The notes below the pieces were generated by a model, which saw only the letters and a program-made list of their open reading frames with translations, was not told where the DNA came from and ran no database searches. A DNA stretch of 64,000 nucleotides from Raja brachyura. Its lineage: Eukaryota. The position numbers were made by a program, and so were the translations under genes. The DNA lies in contig OY740787.1 of the NCBI GenBank assembly GCA_963514005.1, forward strand, positions 83,204,001 to 83,268,000, given 5' to 3'. Each line of letters begins with the position of its first letter. Positions within the stretch are counted from its first letter, which is position 1. Positions 1-12,344 of the stretch are shown here, piece after piece.

Positions 1-121
1 AACCCGTGCGGTCACAGGGAGAACGTACAAACTGTGTACTGACAGCTCCCATAGTCTGGATCGAACTTGGATCCATGACGCTGCATTCACTGCTAGGCAG
101 CAACTCTATCGCTGCGCCACC
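1..121 (-). mobile_element. V-SINE 5' part
   Basis: Reverse complement gives tRNA-like head ggtggcgcagcgatagagttgctgcc and V-domain-like gtacgttctccctgtgacc. Confidence 0.8.
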
Positions 122-449
122 ATGCTGTTACTTTATTCACAAAATGCAGAAGGAATAAAGCAGGTAACTGCAGACCGATATAGATTATGCAAATGCAGAA
201 ATTATTTAAGAAAATTCAGATTTGGAAAGACAGACAGGCTGATCGGGGACAATTGCCAGGTCTCTGCAGAGATCTCCTGTCTCACTAATTTAATTGAAGT
301 TTCGAAGAGGAAGAAGACGGGTGATGAAGGAAGGGCAGTGAAAGTTGTCCAAATGGACGATAAAGCATTTGAAAAGATTGTGCATGGTATGCTGATATAG
401 AAGTTAAGGTATGATGAAATCAAGGCAAGCAAGTTAATTGGATCCCAAA

Positions 450-596
450 GATAGGCACAAAAAGCTGGAGTAACTCAGTGGGACAGACAGCATCACTGGA
501 TTCCTTCTCTCCAAAGATGCTGCCTGTCCTGCTGAGTTACTCCAGTTGTTTGTGTATATCTTCAGTTTAAACCAGCATCTGCAGTTCCTTCTTACA
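450..596 (+). mobile_element. Penelope-derived fold-back element (centre deleted)
   Basis: Inverted arms gctggagtaactcag..ctgagttactccag; flanking TSD taattggatcccaaa/taattggactccaaa. Confidence 0.75.
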
Positions 597-713
597 TAAT
601 TGGACTCCAAATTGGCTTGGTGATGAGAGGCAGATGATAGTGATGATTTTCTGGTTGTGACCTCAGGAATTGTGGTGGGATCCTTGTCGAATGTGATATT
701 TATTAACAAATCA

Positions 714-1016
714 ACGGCACGGTGGCGCAGCGATAGTTGCTGACTTACAGCGCCGGAGGTCCGGGTTCGATCCTGACCACAGGTTCTCCCTGTATGGAAT
801 TTGTACATTCTCCCCGTGACCTGCGTGTGTTTTTTCCAGCTGCTCCGGTTTCCTCCCATGCTCCAAAGGTATACAGGTTTGTAGATTAATTGGCTTGGTA
901 AAATTGTAAATTGCCCATAATGTACGTAGGATAGTGTTAATGTGCTAGGAACGCTGGTCGGCACAGACTCGGTGGGCCAAAGGGCCTGTTTCTGCAGTGT
1001 ATCTCAAAACTAAACT
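714..1016 (+). mobile_element. V-SINE (HE1-like), full length
   Basis: tRNA-like A/B boxes (ggtggcgcagcg, gggttcgatcc), V domain, CR1-like tail gggcctgtttc, ctaaa repeats. Confidence 0.85.
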
Positions 1017-1081
1017 CGGATATGAAAGTAGGAGGTATGATTAGTAAAGTTGCAGATGATATGAAAGTTGGTTACAAGGAA

Positions 1082-2115
1082 TAGCAATGTTACAAAATTT
1101 TGAGATTTAAAAAATCAAGTCTGCAATTTATCCCATCAGATAAAGCAGAAAAAGAAGTTTAATTTGACACCTAATTTACTTTCATATCTTCAGTATTAAG
1201 AAAGTTATGGCCATTTTCATACTCGGAAATTAGCATCTTGCTCCCCATTGCCTTTCAATTGACTTAACTCAAAAGCTGTGATCTGGAAAAGTTAAAAGCC
1301 CATAACTTTCTTAAAAATTAAGAGAACTCAATGAAATTTTCAGCTATTATAGATTGAAGCATTCTGAAACAAATATTAAACAATCTTACTTGGATGACCT
1401 GAAATTAAAGCATATAATTAGTTAGTTATCTAATTGTAGCTAATTACAACATTCAATGAGTAGATCTAAACATCTATCCATTTCTTAAGAAAAGATAAAC
1501 TTTTTTAAAATTGCCTAAGTGTCCAAATAACATTCACACAATAATCCACAATATAACATAATTTTTAAATCTCATTTTCATGAATTTCTGGGCCAAATGG
1601 AAGGAATTTAGTGTTTGATTCCTGTAAATTAATGGCCATTTAAATCAACTAGCGAGTGGGTTTTAGTGGAATGCCGTGGATTGGAACGTTGCGGTTAGCG
1701 GTGAAGTCGGGAGGAAAAATACTGTTTGTTCATACATTTTTTGGGACCCCATTTCGCAACATAAAAATATTATTAAAGCCTCCTGAAAAAACAACTTTTA
1801 ATATAAAAATAAACTATTTACCTTTTTTTCTCCCCTACGGAAAATCCTTCCGGTTGTCGGTTCTCACGGCTTTTGAAGGTGATTTTTAAATTACTCTAGT
1901 TAATAAATAATTTAGAGTAATTTAAAAATACCTTAATTGATGAAATGTCGGAGCGATTTTTCTTCCGCAACGAAATCGCCCGACGTTGATCGATTATCCC
2001 AGTCTGTCGAAAAACGGCACGTTAAGCCCGCCCCCCTCTGAAAGGCGCCAAAGTCGCGCACACGGGGAGCGGCAGAACTGCAGCGCCGCTAAAGGTAAGT
2101 TTTGCAACATACCTA
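1082..2115 (+). mobile_element. Non-autonomous DNA transposon, copy 1 (TAG..CTA, 7-bp TSD)
   Basis: Imperfect TIRs TAGCAATGTTACAAAA / TAGGTATGTTGCAAAA; TSD caaggaa at 1075-1081 and 2116-2122. Confidence 0.88.
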
Positions 2116-4882
2116 CAAGGAAGATTGTCTAAGGATGTAGATCAGATAGAAAGTTAGGCAGGGCATTGGTCGATGAAATTTAAACTTGGCAAGTGTGAGT
2201 CGACACATTTTTGGAAGTCAAATAAGGGTAGGTCATATACAATATATAGGGTGCCAGGGAATATTGATGAACAAGGGAACCTTGGGGTTCAAATCCATAT
2301 TTCTCTGAAAGTCGCAGCACAGGTGATGAAGACGGCTAGAGACATGCTTCTTCACAGTTTGGGCTTAGAATAAAAACACTAGGAAGTTATGTTACGATTT
2401 TATAAAGTACTGATTAGACTGCAGTTGAACTAATGTGTACAGTTCTGGTTGACACATTGCAGCAAGGATGTGTTTATGCTGGGGAGAGTGCAGAGGATAT
2501 TTATTTAAGATGTTACCTGTATTGAAGGGCTTTATGCATGGGGAGAAACTGGTTATGCTGAGCTTGTTTTCCATGGAGCAAAAGAGACTGAGTGGTGACC
2601 TGATTAAGTTTACAAAAAATAAATAGGGTAGATAGTCAGAACCTTTTTCCCCTGTAGTGGGTTTATAAAAAAAAGAGGGCATAGATTTAGGTATATGAAA
2701 GGAATTTTAAAGGGTATCAAGGGGTTTTAAGGGGAAAGTTTTTCACAGTGGTTGATGTACAGAATGTGTTGCCAGAGATGGTGGTGGAATCAGGTGCAAT
2801 CTTAATGAAGGTACCTGAATAGGCGAGGCACAGAAGGATACAGTGCTAATGTGAACATGTTGGATTATGTTGGCAAAAAGGTCAATGTGACACTCATTTT
2901 TGTGCTGAACAACATATGGAGTCGATAACTCTTAAGTTGTGTCTGCAAGGCTACTCTGCAAATATCACTGTAAATGTGGGTACTATATTGGAAGAAAATT
3001 TACTTATCAATTAATGGTTCATCTCAAATAAGAATATGAAAATAATTTGGTATACCTATTCCCTTTCAAGTTAACTTCAAGAACTACAGCCCATTTTGTT
3101 TTAGTGGAGAATTGAGAAAAGCTATGGGATCATCCTTTGCAAATAGTCACATTATCTGTAAACCTAAGCACAAGCATGAAGTTAAGAGCAAACAACCAAC
3201 TCTATTTGAACTGGTTTACTGTTTCTAATTTTAGCCTTTTCCCAAAATACACTGACTTTGTACTCTTGCCACCATTCCCTGAGCTCTCTCTATTACTGCA
3301 ATGGGTAGGGGACAGCACGCATCCTTCTCAGTGGAAATAGTGACATTAAGTGAGTCCATGCAAGAACTCAAAGGTCGACCATATTTATAGGTCGTGACCT
3401 ATTTTTCTCCATGATCCTGCCTGATTCCAAGAGGAACTACAGAGAGAAGTGAATGTGAAGACACAAAGAACTGCAGATGCTGGAATCGTGAGCAAAAGAC
3501 GAAGTGCTGGGGTAACTCAGTGAGTCAGGCAAAGCATTGGGAAAAGACGTGTCTTTCTCAGGCATTACAAACTTAAAGAATCAGTTGTGTAATTTTCTGT
3601 ACAGAATGTTCACCAGACTAGGCAAGTTAGGTGTTTTATGAACAACTCCTTTTATAAAATATTCCACTAAACCTCTTGAGATCCTCATTCATTTTCTGCG
3701 AAAGTACACACATATTTTTGCCAAAGTGGTCAATGGTTGCAGTGCAGAATGTGCTTCCAGATCACTCACAGAGAATCAGGTCTTCTTTAATCCAAATGGT
3801 TGTAATATGGATTACTTTACATGGTTAAATATGAACATGGAAGGAAGGAATTTGCAATTATCATCGTGCTTTCTTGCAGTGTGATAAGACATTCAGACCC
3901 TTTCGCCAAATTGTACGGGACCCAGAGCTTTTTCTGGACTTGGCTCCCATGGTGCCAACCAGCCTGGAGGTACAAATCCATGCATGGAGATCCAGACCAA
4001 CTGATCCTCTGCACCCAAGATGTCCCTGTGACTCAGCACAGTGTCTGCGGGACAACTAATTCTCTCGTGTGGGAAGGAACTGCAGATGCCTGTTCACACC
4101 GAAGAAAGACAAAATTATGGAGTAACTCAGCGGGATAGGTAGCATCTCTGGGGATAAGGAATGGGAGACCCTTCTTCAGACTTGGACGGCTCTTGAATTA
4201 TCTTGGATGGCTTAACGTTGAGAACCGCTAATCAAATAGTCCTTTTGAATTGGATGACAACACCTTAAAACACCAACAAATAATTTGAGCATTAAAATAA
4301 CTGGGGTCATTGTTTGTACCGCAGCTATCCCTGGTATAACCCAAGCTGAATGAAGAATTCAGTGACAGTGCGGGAGGGCAGATGTGCTGGTATTCAAGCT
4401 CCCACATACGCCAGGCTACTAGGCTGGTCAGCTGTTAGTCAACAGGATTTGCACAAGTAACTACAGATGGCAAGATACAATAGACAATTGCTGCAGGAGT
4501 AGGCCATTCGACCCTTCAAAGCCAGCACTGCCATTCAATGTGATCATTTGGGGGCAAAATGTCCATGTGATTGTAATGCAGTGATTCAAGTTTCCCCGTC
4601 CACAGCTTATTTACACAAAAGTGCATAAGCAGATTTATGAGCATGCATCACTCTACGAGTAATGCAGTGTGCCACGGAAACAAATTTACACTTAAAATCA
4701 TACTCTTCTGGAATGCCACCTTTCATGAAAAAAGTATGCAGCACACTGTACATCCTGACAGTGCTGTTGATTTGTAACGTTAAAATTATTATAATGTAAT
4801 GTATCATCCAAGAGCAAGTCTTTCAAGAGCAAATTTTAGTGGAAAGGTAAATGCAGGAGAGAAAAAGAAATCAGCAACCTAC

Positions 4883-4991
4883 CTCATATTGACAATTTCT
4901 GGTTGTGTGAAGTTGTAACTCTGGTGCAGAGCTATCATTCTCAGGCCTCGCTCTGTGCAGTTTGGCATAGATCACAGTGGAAGATGGGACA
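4883..4991 (-). CDS. PGAP1: PGAP1 exon 18
   Basis: 109 nt, AG/GTAGGT; VPSSTVIYAKLHRARPENDSSAPELQLHTTRNCQYE. Confidence 0.93.
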
Positions 4992-5253
4992 CTGAAATTA
5001 AAAGAGTCTTTTATTATACCTTGTTATGGAAAACTGACATGAACAGATAACACTGGTGCAAGCTTTGAAAACAATATGAAATACGATACCATATTTGGTC
5101 AAGTTTAAGGAACAGTTTATGTGTTTTGTCACATTAGACACTATTCTCATTTCTGAAACAGTTAATCACATCATTTGAAAGATTGGAACTTGCAGAATAA
5201 TTCTTGCTATGTCATAATGTTCAGCATGCCACGCAAGTATATATCTGATCTTG

Positions 5254-5398
5254 CGTAGGAACGAACTGCAGATGCTGCTTTAAATCGTAGACACAAAATG
5301 CTGGAGTAACTCAGCGGGCAGGCAGTATCTCTGGAGAGAAGGAATGGGCAATGTTTTGGGTCGAGATCCTTCTTCAGACTGGTAAGGAATAAGGGAAA
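5254..5398 (-). mobile_element. Penelope terminal fragment
   Basis: Same consensus as the fold-back elements; 20-bp TSD caagtatatatctgatcttg/caagtatatttcggatcttg. Confidence 0.75.
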
Positions 5399-5547
5399 CA
5401 AGTATATTTCGGATCTTGTTGGCCAAGTTCCACTAACCTTTCCCCGTTGCACTCCAAGCATAGCTTGGTGTGGAAAATTTTGTCTCACAGATTTAATTGA
5501 CATTTTTGAAGAGGTGACCATGAAGAATGATGAGGCCAGTACAGTAG

Positions 5548-6125
5548 ATGAGTGAATGAATTAATGTTTATTGGCCAAATATTCACATACAATGAATTTG
5601 CCTTGGTGCTCCGCCCGCAAGTGACAACATGACATACAGTAACAGTTAAGAATGATACTTAATATATTAAACATTAATAAATAAACATTATTGATTAAAC
5701 ATGTGAATTAAACAGAGCAAAAGGAGGCTACAGATTTTTGGTTATTGAGTAGAGCTACTACTCGTGGAAAAAAGCTGTTTTTATGTCTGGCTGTGGCAGC
5801 TTTGACAGTCCGGAGTCGCCTTCCCGAGGGAAGTGATTCAAAGAGTTTGTGGCCAGGATGAGAGGGGTCAGAGATGATACCCACCCGGTTCCTGGACCTT
5901 GCAGTGTACAGTTCGTCAATGGAGGGAAGGTTGCAGCCAAGGTTCTCAGCAGATCGGACGATTCGCTGCAGCCTCCAGGTGTCGTGCTTGGTGGCTGAGC
6001 CAAACCAGGCCATGATGGAGAAGGTGAGGACAGACTCCATGATGGCCGTATAGAATTGGACCATCATTGCCTGTGGACGATTGTGCTTCCTCAGCTGTCA
6101 CAGGAAGTACATCCTCTGTTGTGCC
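5548..6125 (-). mobile_element. Rex1/Babar LINE 3' fragment
   Basis: FYTAIMESVLTFSIMAWFG...DPSHPGHKLFESLPSGRRLR..RHKNSFFP; aataaa tail. Confidence 0.85.
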
Positions 6126-6359
6126 TAGATGATGTTTACATGGACCTTAATAAGGCATTTGACAAGATACCTCATGGCATGCTGGTCTGGAAGGTTAGAT
6201 CACATGAGATCCAGGGTAAGCTACTCAAAGGGATACAAAATTGGCATGGAGAGGAAATGGAGGATGATGGTAAAGGTTTGTTTTTCACACTCGAGGACTC
6301 TAGCAAGTGTTTTACTACATGGAATGGAGCTGAGTCCACTGTTGTCCGTTATCTATATA

Positions 6360-7390
6360 TAGGTATGTTGCAAAACTTACCTTTAGCGGCGCTGCACTTC
6401 TGCCGCTCCCCGTGTGCGCGACTTTGGCGCCTTTCAGAGGGGGGCGGGCTTAAAGTGCCGTTTTTCGACAGACTGGGATAATCGATGAATGTCGGGCGAT
6501 TTCGTTGCGGAAACATCGCTCCGACATTTCATCAATGAAGGTATTTTTAAATTACTCTAAATTATTTGTTAACTAGAGTAATTTAAAAATCACCTTCAAA
6601 AGCCGTGAGCACTGACAACCGGAAAGATTTTCCGCAGGGGAGAAAAAAAGGTAAATCGTTTATTTTTATATTAAAAGTTGTTTTTTCGGGAGACTTTAAT
6701 AATATTTTTATGTTGCGAAATAGGGTCCCAAAAAATCTATGAACAAACAGTATTTTTCCTCCCGACTTCACCGCTAACCGCAACGTTCCAATCCATCGCA
6801 TTCCACTAAAACCCACTCGCTAGTTGATTTAAATGGCCATTAATTTACAGGCATTAAACACTAAATTCCTTCAATTTGGCCCAGAAATTCATGAAAATGA
6901 GATTTAAAAATTATGTTATATTGTGGATTATTGTGTGAAAGTTATTTGGACACTTAGGCAATTTTTAAAAAGTTTATCTTTTCTTAAGAAATGGATAGAT
7001 GTTTAGATCTACTCATTGAATTTTGTAATTAGCTACAATTAGATAACTAACTAATTATATGTTTTAATTTCAGGTCATCCAAGTAAGATTGTTTAATATT
7101 TGTTTCAGAATGCTTCAATCTATAATAACTGAAAATTTCATTGAGTTCTCTTAATATTTAAGAAAGTTATGGGCTTTTAACTTTTCCAGATCACAGCTTT
7201 TGAGTTAAGTCAATTGAAAGGCAATGGGGAGCAAGATGCTAATTTCCGAGTATGAAAATGGCCATAACTTTCTTAATACTGAAGATATGAAAGTAAATTA
7301 GTTGTCAAATTAAACTTCTTTTTATGCTTTATCTGATGTGATAAATTGCAGACTTGATTTTTAAAATCTCAAAATTTTGTAACATTGCTA
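6360..7390 (-). mobile_element. Non-autonomous DNA transposon, copy 2 (inverted relative to copy 1)
   Basis: Near-identical reverse complement of 1082-2115; TSD ctatata at 6353-6359 and 7391-7397. Confidence 0.9.
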
Positions 7391-7609
7391 CTATATAATC
7401 AAAAGTCTTATCTTGACCACTTCCTGTTTGCGCTGTTGTTTGATTTTAGAAAAAACGCTACCATATATGGCTGTGATTTTTTGGCCAACTTACTCAGTTC
7501 TTCCTGCGATGATCAGGCACCGAGGATTTTTCCCATCGATGAAAAATGAGAGTTATTAGTGTTTAGAAAATCTTGAGATTCTCTCTCCTGTCAATCACCA
7601 TAATGAAGG

Positions 7610-7685
7610 CCACGCCCCTTCCGGGGGCAGGGAGGGACTATAAAACCCGGAAGTCTGGACGTGGCTCAGTCGCTGCAAGATGGCG
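7610..7685 (+). promoter_or_regulatory. Pol II promoter-like motif cluster inside Helitron
   Basis: CCACGCCC, CTTCCGG, TATAAAA (7639), CCGGAAGT (7647), TCAGT Inr-like (A at 7668), CAAGATGGCG (7676). Motifs only; no activity evidence. Confidence 0.45.
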
Positions 7686-8929
7686 AGGGAGAAGCCACGA
7701 TTCTGTCTGTCTGCTGAGAATCTACACAACACTGAATGTCTACTGAACTGTGAGTGCGCTTTATGTGGTTTACGTGGGTTTATGTGGTCTGGAAACCAGT
7801 CCCTTCAGCCCACAACACCCATACTAGCGCTCCAGAAAGCTCTCCCCCCTCCCCCCCCCACTGGCCAGCAATATTGGAATTGTGGAGAGGAGGAATATTG
7901 CATTGGGAGACTAGCCCTCCTGTGAGAGGCTGGGACCCAACGGGGTCCCACTTAGTCTAGTTCTTTAATATAAAGGTATGGTTGTGAACGTGGGTGGAAT
8001 GATTAACATGTTTGTGGATACACCAGAATGGCAGATATGGGTGGAGAAATGGCAGGTGGAGTTTAATGTGGGTAAGTGTTTGGTGTTGCACTTTGGGAGG
8101 TGAAATGTAAAGGGAAAGTAAAGAGCCCTTAACAGCACTAATGTACAGAAGGATTAAATAAATCCAAAGCTCTCTGAAAGTGGCAACATATGGCATGTTG
8201 CCTTCATTGGTCATAAGAGTCACAAAGTTAACTTTCTTGCAACTAGAAAAGGAATTTGGTTAGGCCACAATTGGAGTATTTTGTGTAGTTCTGTATGCCC
8301 CTTTACAGAAAGGATGCGCAGGCTTTGGAGAGGGTGCAGAAGACATTTATCAAAATACTGCCTGGACTAGAGAGCATTAGCAATAAGGAGAGGTTGAACA
8401 AACTTGGATTATTTTCCCTGGAGCATTAGAAGTTAAGGGACCAGAGAATTTATAAAAGGTAGAGAGTCAGAATATTTCTACCAGGGCAGAAACTTTAAAT
8501 AGTAGAAGACATATCTATGTCAGATATTTAAAGGAGACGTGCGGAGTAATTAAAAAAAAGTGGTATGTGCCTGGAATGACCTGCCAGGGGTGGTGTTGGA
8601 GGCAGATAAGATAGTGGTGTTTAAGAGGCATTGAGATAAACACATGAATGTGCAGGGTATGGAGAGATATGGAACACATGCAGACAGAAGAGATTCGTGC
8701 AGGCGTTATGGGTCAAAGGATCTATTCCTGTGCTTTACTGTTCCATAATATATGGTGGGCTGATGAGGAATGTTATCTTTGATTACAATGGGATCTTGAC
8801 AAACCAGGCCAGTGGCTGATGAATGGCACATAGAGTTTAATTCAGTTGCATGTTGATAGGAGAAACCAGGGTAAGGCTTCCACGGTGAATGCTGGGGCTC
8901 TGGGGAGCACTGTGAAACAGAAAGCCCTC

Positions 8930-11620
8930 GGTATGGAAAATGGCCCCTGTCCATGGCGACATGTTGCCAGCAGCAAAGCAGAATATCATCAAATATAGTC
9001 ATTTTCAGCTTACCTGTATAAAAGAAACAGCAGAAACCAGCGCTGTAACTGGCAAGCTGCTAGTGCATTTAAACGCATTAGCGCTATTGCGATCTATTGG
9101 CAGCACGGGAGCAGCTGACTGTAAGGGAATTGGCGATTGCAGGGGAATCCGCAACCTGGTGGAGGGTCGCAGGAACAGCAAGTACTGGTCCTGGAAACAC
9201 CGGACAGGCCTCCACTGTCCGGAAACGTGGCCGGCGTGCAGGACTGCAAGTCAGACTGAAGCACAGGGGACCACAACCCCCTCTCCCTACCGCAAATAAA
9301 GTGTAGGTCAAGGCTGCTTTATCAAAGGGAGCCGAGGGAATGCTCTGTGCTCTGTTTCACGTGAGACATGGCTCACCCTCCGCTCCCCAGACTCAGACAT
9401 CCAGCCTGAACGTTTCTCCATCCATCGTATGGACCGAACGCCGGCATCTGGGAAAGGGAGATGCGGGGTTGTCTGCCTCGTGGCCAACTCTTTGTGGTGC
9501 TCAGACGAGGCAGTTCTGTCTAACTCCTGCTCTCCACACCTGGGATATCTTGCAGTGAAGTGCCGCTCCTTCTACCTCCCGAGGGGATTCAGCTCCATCA
9601 TCCTGATCGCGTCTATATCCCACCCCAGGCAGACGTCCGTCTAGCACTGGAGGAGCTGCATGCCGTGGTCAACAAGCACCAGTCGGCGTACCCCGAGGTC
9701 TTTACCATCATATCCAGGGACCTCAACAAAGCCAACCTGAAGAAATCACTCCCGAACTACCACTAACATGTCTCCTGCAGCTCCAGAGGATTAAACACCT
9801 TTGACAACTGCAATATGACCATCTGAGATGACTATCACTCCAACGCTTGCCCTCACTTTGGGAATCCGACCATTTAGCGGTGCTGCTTCTTCCTGCATTC
9901 AGGCAGCAACTGAAGAACGCACCCCCAGAGGTGAGGACTGCACAGAGCTGGTCAGGTGTAGCAGAGGAGTGACTCCTGGACTGCTTGGAGTCAGTGGACT
10001 GAGCAATGTTCAAAGACTTGGCAACAGACCTGAATGAATATGTCACAGTTGTTACAGACTTCCAAAGGAAATGTGTGGAGGAGTGTTCCTACAAAAACCT
10101 TCCGAGTGTTTCCTAACCGGAAGCCTTGGATAAACCAGGAGATCTGCATTCTTCTGAGGACCAGATCCCGGGCAATCAGGTCTGGTGACGCAGAGGTCTA
10201 TAAGAAGTCCAGATACGACCTCGACAAGGCCATCAAAAAGGCCAAAAAGGACTTTCGTTCCAAGCTAAGGGATGAAGCGGATGTTCGGCAACTGTGGCAG
10301 GGCTTGAATACCATTACCTCCTACAAGGCAAAATCAGGAGGCAGCTCAAGAGACAGCAAAACATCACTCCCTGACGAGCTCAATGCGTTATATGCACGCT
10401 TTGATTGGGAGAATACTGATGTGCCTTCCCGAGCCCGGATACGCCCTAATGGTATTACAGTCACAGTCACAGAGGCCGACGTGAGATGCTTTCCGGGGGA
10501 TGAACCATCGAAAAGCATCTGGACCAGATGGTATACCCGGTCGAGTTATCAAAACCTGTGCGGACCAACTGGCGGGAGTTTTTGCGGACATTTTCAACCT
10601 CTAATTACTGAGGTCTGAGGTTCCCACCTACATTAAGAGGGCGTCAATAATACCGGTGCCCAAGAAGAGTAAGGTGACGTGCCTCAATGACTATCGGCCA
10701 GTGGCACTAACGTCCGTGGTGATGAAGTGCTTTGAGAGGTTGGTTATGGCGCAAATCAACTCCTACCATAATCCAGAACCATTTCAATTTGACCATCATT
10801 GTTGGACAAATTACAGATGGTGATTGACTCATCCATAGAAGTGAGATTGACCGACTGACCAACTGGTACCAGCACAACAACCTGGCTGTCAATATCAGTA
10901 AAATCAAGGAACTGATTGTGGAGTTTGGAAGAGGAAGGATGAGGACCCACAATCCTGTTTATATCAACGGGACGATGGTGGAGACAGTCAAAAGCTTTAA
11001 ATTCCTGGGCGTGCATATTTCCGAAGATCTTTCCTGAACCCAGCACACTGATGCAATCGTAAACAAAGCACATAAAGAAAGTACTTCCTGAGAAGATTAC
11101 AGAGGTTTGGTATGTCAGAGAGGATTCTCTTGAACTTCTACAGGTGTACTGTAGAGATCACAGTGACTGGTTGCATCACAGCCTGGTTCGGCAACTTGAA
11201 CGCCCAGGAGCGAAAAAGACTGCAAAAAGTTGCGAACACTGTCCAGTCCATCACCGGCTCTGACCTCCCCACCATCGAAGGGATTTACCGGAGTTGCTGC
11301 TTCAAAAAGGCAGCCAACATCATCAGAGACGCACACCACCCTGGCCATACACCCATTTAACTCCTGCCATCGGGAAGAAGGTACAGGAGCCTGAACTACA
11401 ATAGACTATTATTCTTATTATTGCACTTTTATGTGTGCGTGTGCATGTGTGTGTGTGTGCATATTTGTGAGTACGTGTTAGTATGTGTTTTCTAAACACA
11501 CTTTTTTTACCATCTCTCGTTTATTATATTGTTTACAGTGTTTACATATTCAGTTGTGCTGCTGCAAGTAAGAATGTCATTGTTCTATCTGGGACATGAC
11601 AATAAAATATTCTTGACATT
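8930..11620 (+). mobile_element. Rex1/Babar LINE, long, internally deleted and frameshifted
   Basis: APE-like CSPHLGYLAVKCRSFYLPRGF; PTKTFRVFPNRKPWIN; [21 protein letters not shown]; C-terminal NFYRCTVE..WFGN. Confidence 0.9.
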
Positions 11621-12300
11621 TTTTCATGAAGGTGGAGACACATGTGGACAAGGTGATGAAGAAGGAAGTTGACGTGCTTGCTTTGATTTTACAATGAGGA
11701 CAGGATTTGTGACAGCATGTTATAGCTGTACAAGATGTTAGCAAGACTACATTTGAAGTCTTGTGTACACTTCTGGTCATCCTACTATAGGAAAGATGTC
11801 ATTGAACTGAAAAGAGTGCAAGAAAGATTTCCAAAGATGTTCCCGGGCCTGAAGGGTTTGAGATCAAGTGAGGCTGGATTAGCAGGGTCTTTTTTACATG
11901 GAGCGTTGCGAGCTGTGAGATAACCTTATCGAGATACATAAAATCAAGAGGGACACAGAAAAGGTAAATTGCAGCAGCACTTTTCCCCAGGGTAAGGGTG
12001 TCAAAAACTAGAGAACATTGGTCTGATGTGAGAGGAGAAAGATTTAAAAGGGACCAGAGAAGCAACTTTTGTCACACAGTGGGTGGAGTGTATATGGAAC
12101 AAGTTGCCAAATGAAGTGGTAGAAGCAGCTACAATTATGACATTTTAAATATACATTGATAGGTACAGGGTTAGGAAAGTTTTGGAGGTATATGGGCCAG
12201 GCACAAGGCATAAGCAAGTGGGATTAGCTCGGTTTAGTAGCTTGGTCAGCACAGACAAATTAGGTTGAAGGGCTGGTTCCATGATGTACTGCTCTATGTC
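11620..12300 (+). mobile_element. CR1 3' part (continues 8760-8925)
   Basis: HLKSCVHFWSSYYRKDVIELKRVQERF; 3' tail. Confidence 0.8.
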
Positions 12301-12344
12301 ACCAACTGTTGGAAACCTGCCAATTGAACCTAGATGAAGCCAAA

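Larger units (their letters stand above)
140..2920 (+). mobile_element. Degenerate CR1 LINE, host to three later insertions
   Basis: RT remnants (KAFEKIVHG, SKVADDMKV, KFKLGKCE); boundaries approximate. Confidence 0.75.
6352..7960 (+). mobile_element. Non-autonomous Helitron (with nested transposon)
   Basis: A|TCTATATA start, 3' hairpin tgggaccc-aacg-gggtccca followed by CTAG|T; A/T target, no TSD. Confidence 0.85.
5420..8750 (+). mobile_element. Degenerate CR1 LINE interrupted by Rex1 and Helitron
   Basis: DVYMDLNKAFDKIPHGMLVWKVRSHEIQG at 6126-6350; continues after 7961 to a CR1 3' tail; boundaries approximate. Confidence 0.75.

Noticed and set aside
1656-1889. Duplicated 77-aa ORF (also 6583-6816)
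   Set aside because: Lies in the two copies of the non-autonomous transposon; non-ATG start and no recognisable domain.
1-4882. PGAP1 exon 19
   Set aside because: No convincing short exon with splice sites found by eye; may be outside the window or missed.
1082-7390. Composite transposon that captured exon 18
   Set aside because: Each copy has its own TSD and the exon sits in its native order.
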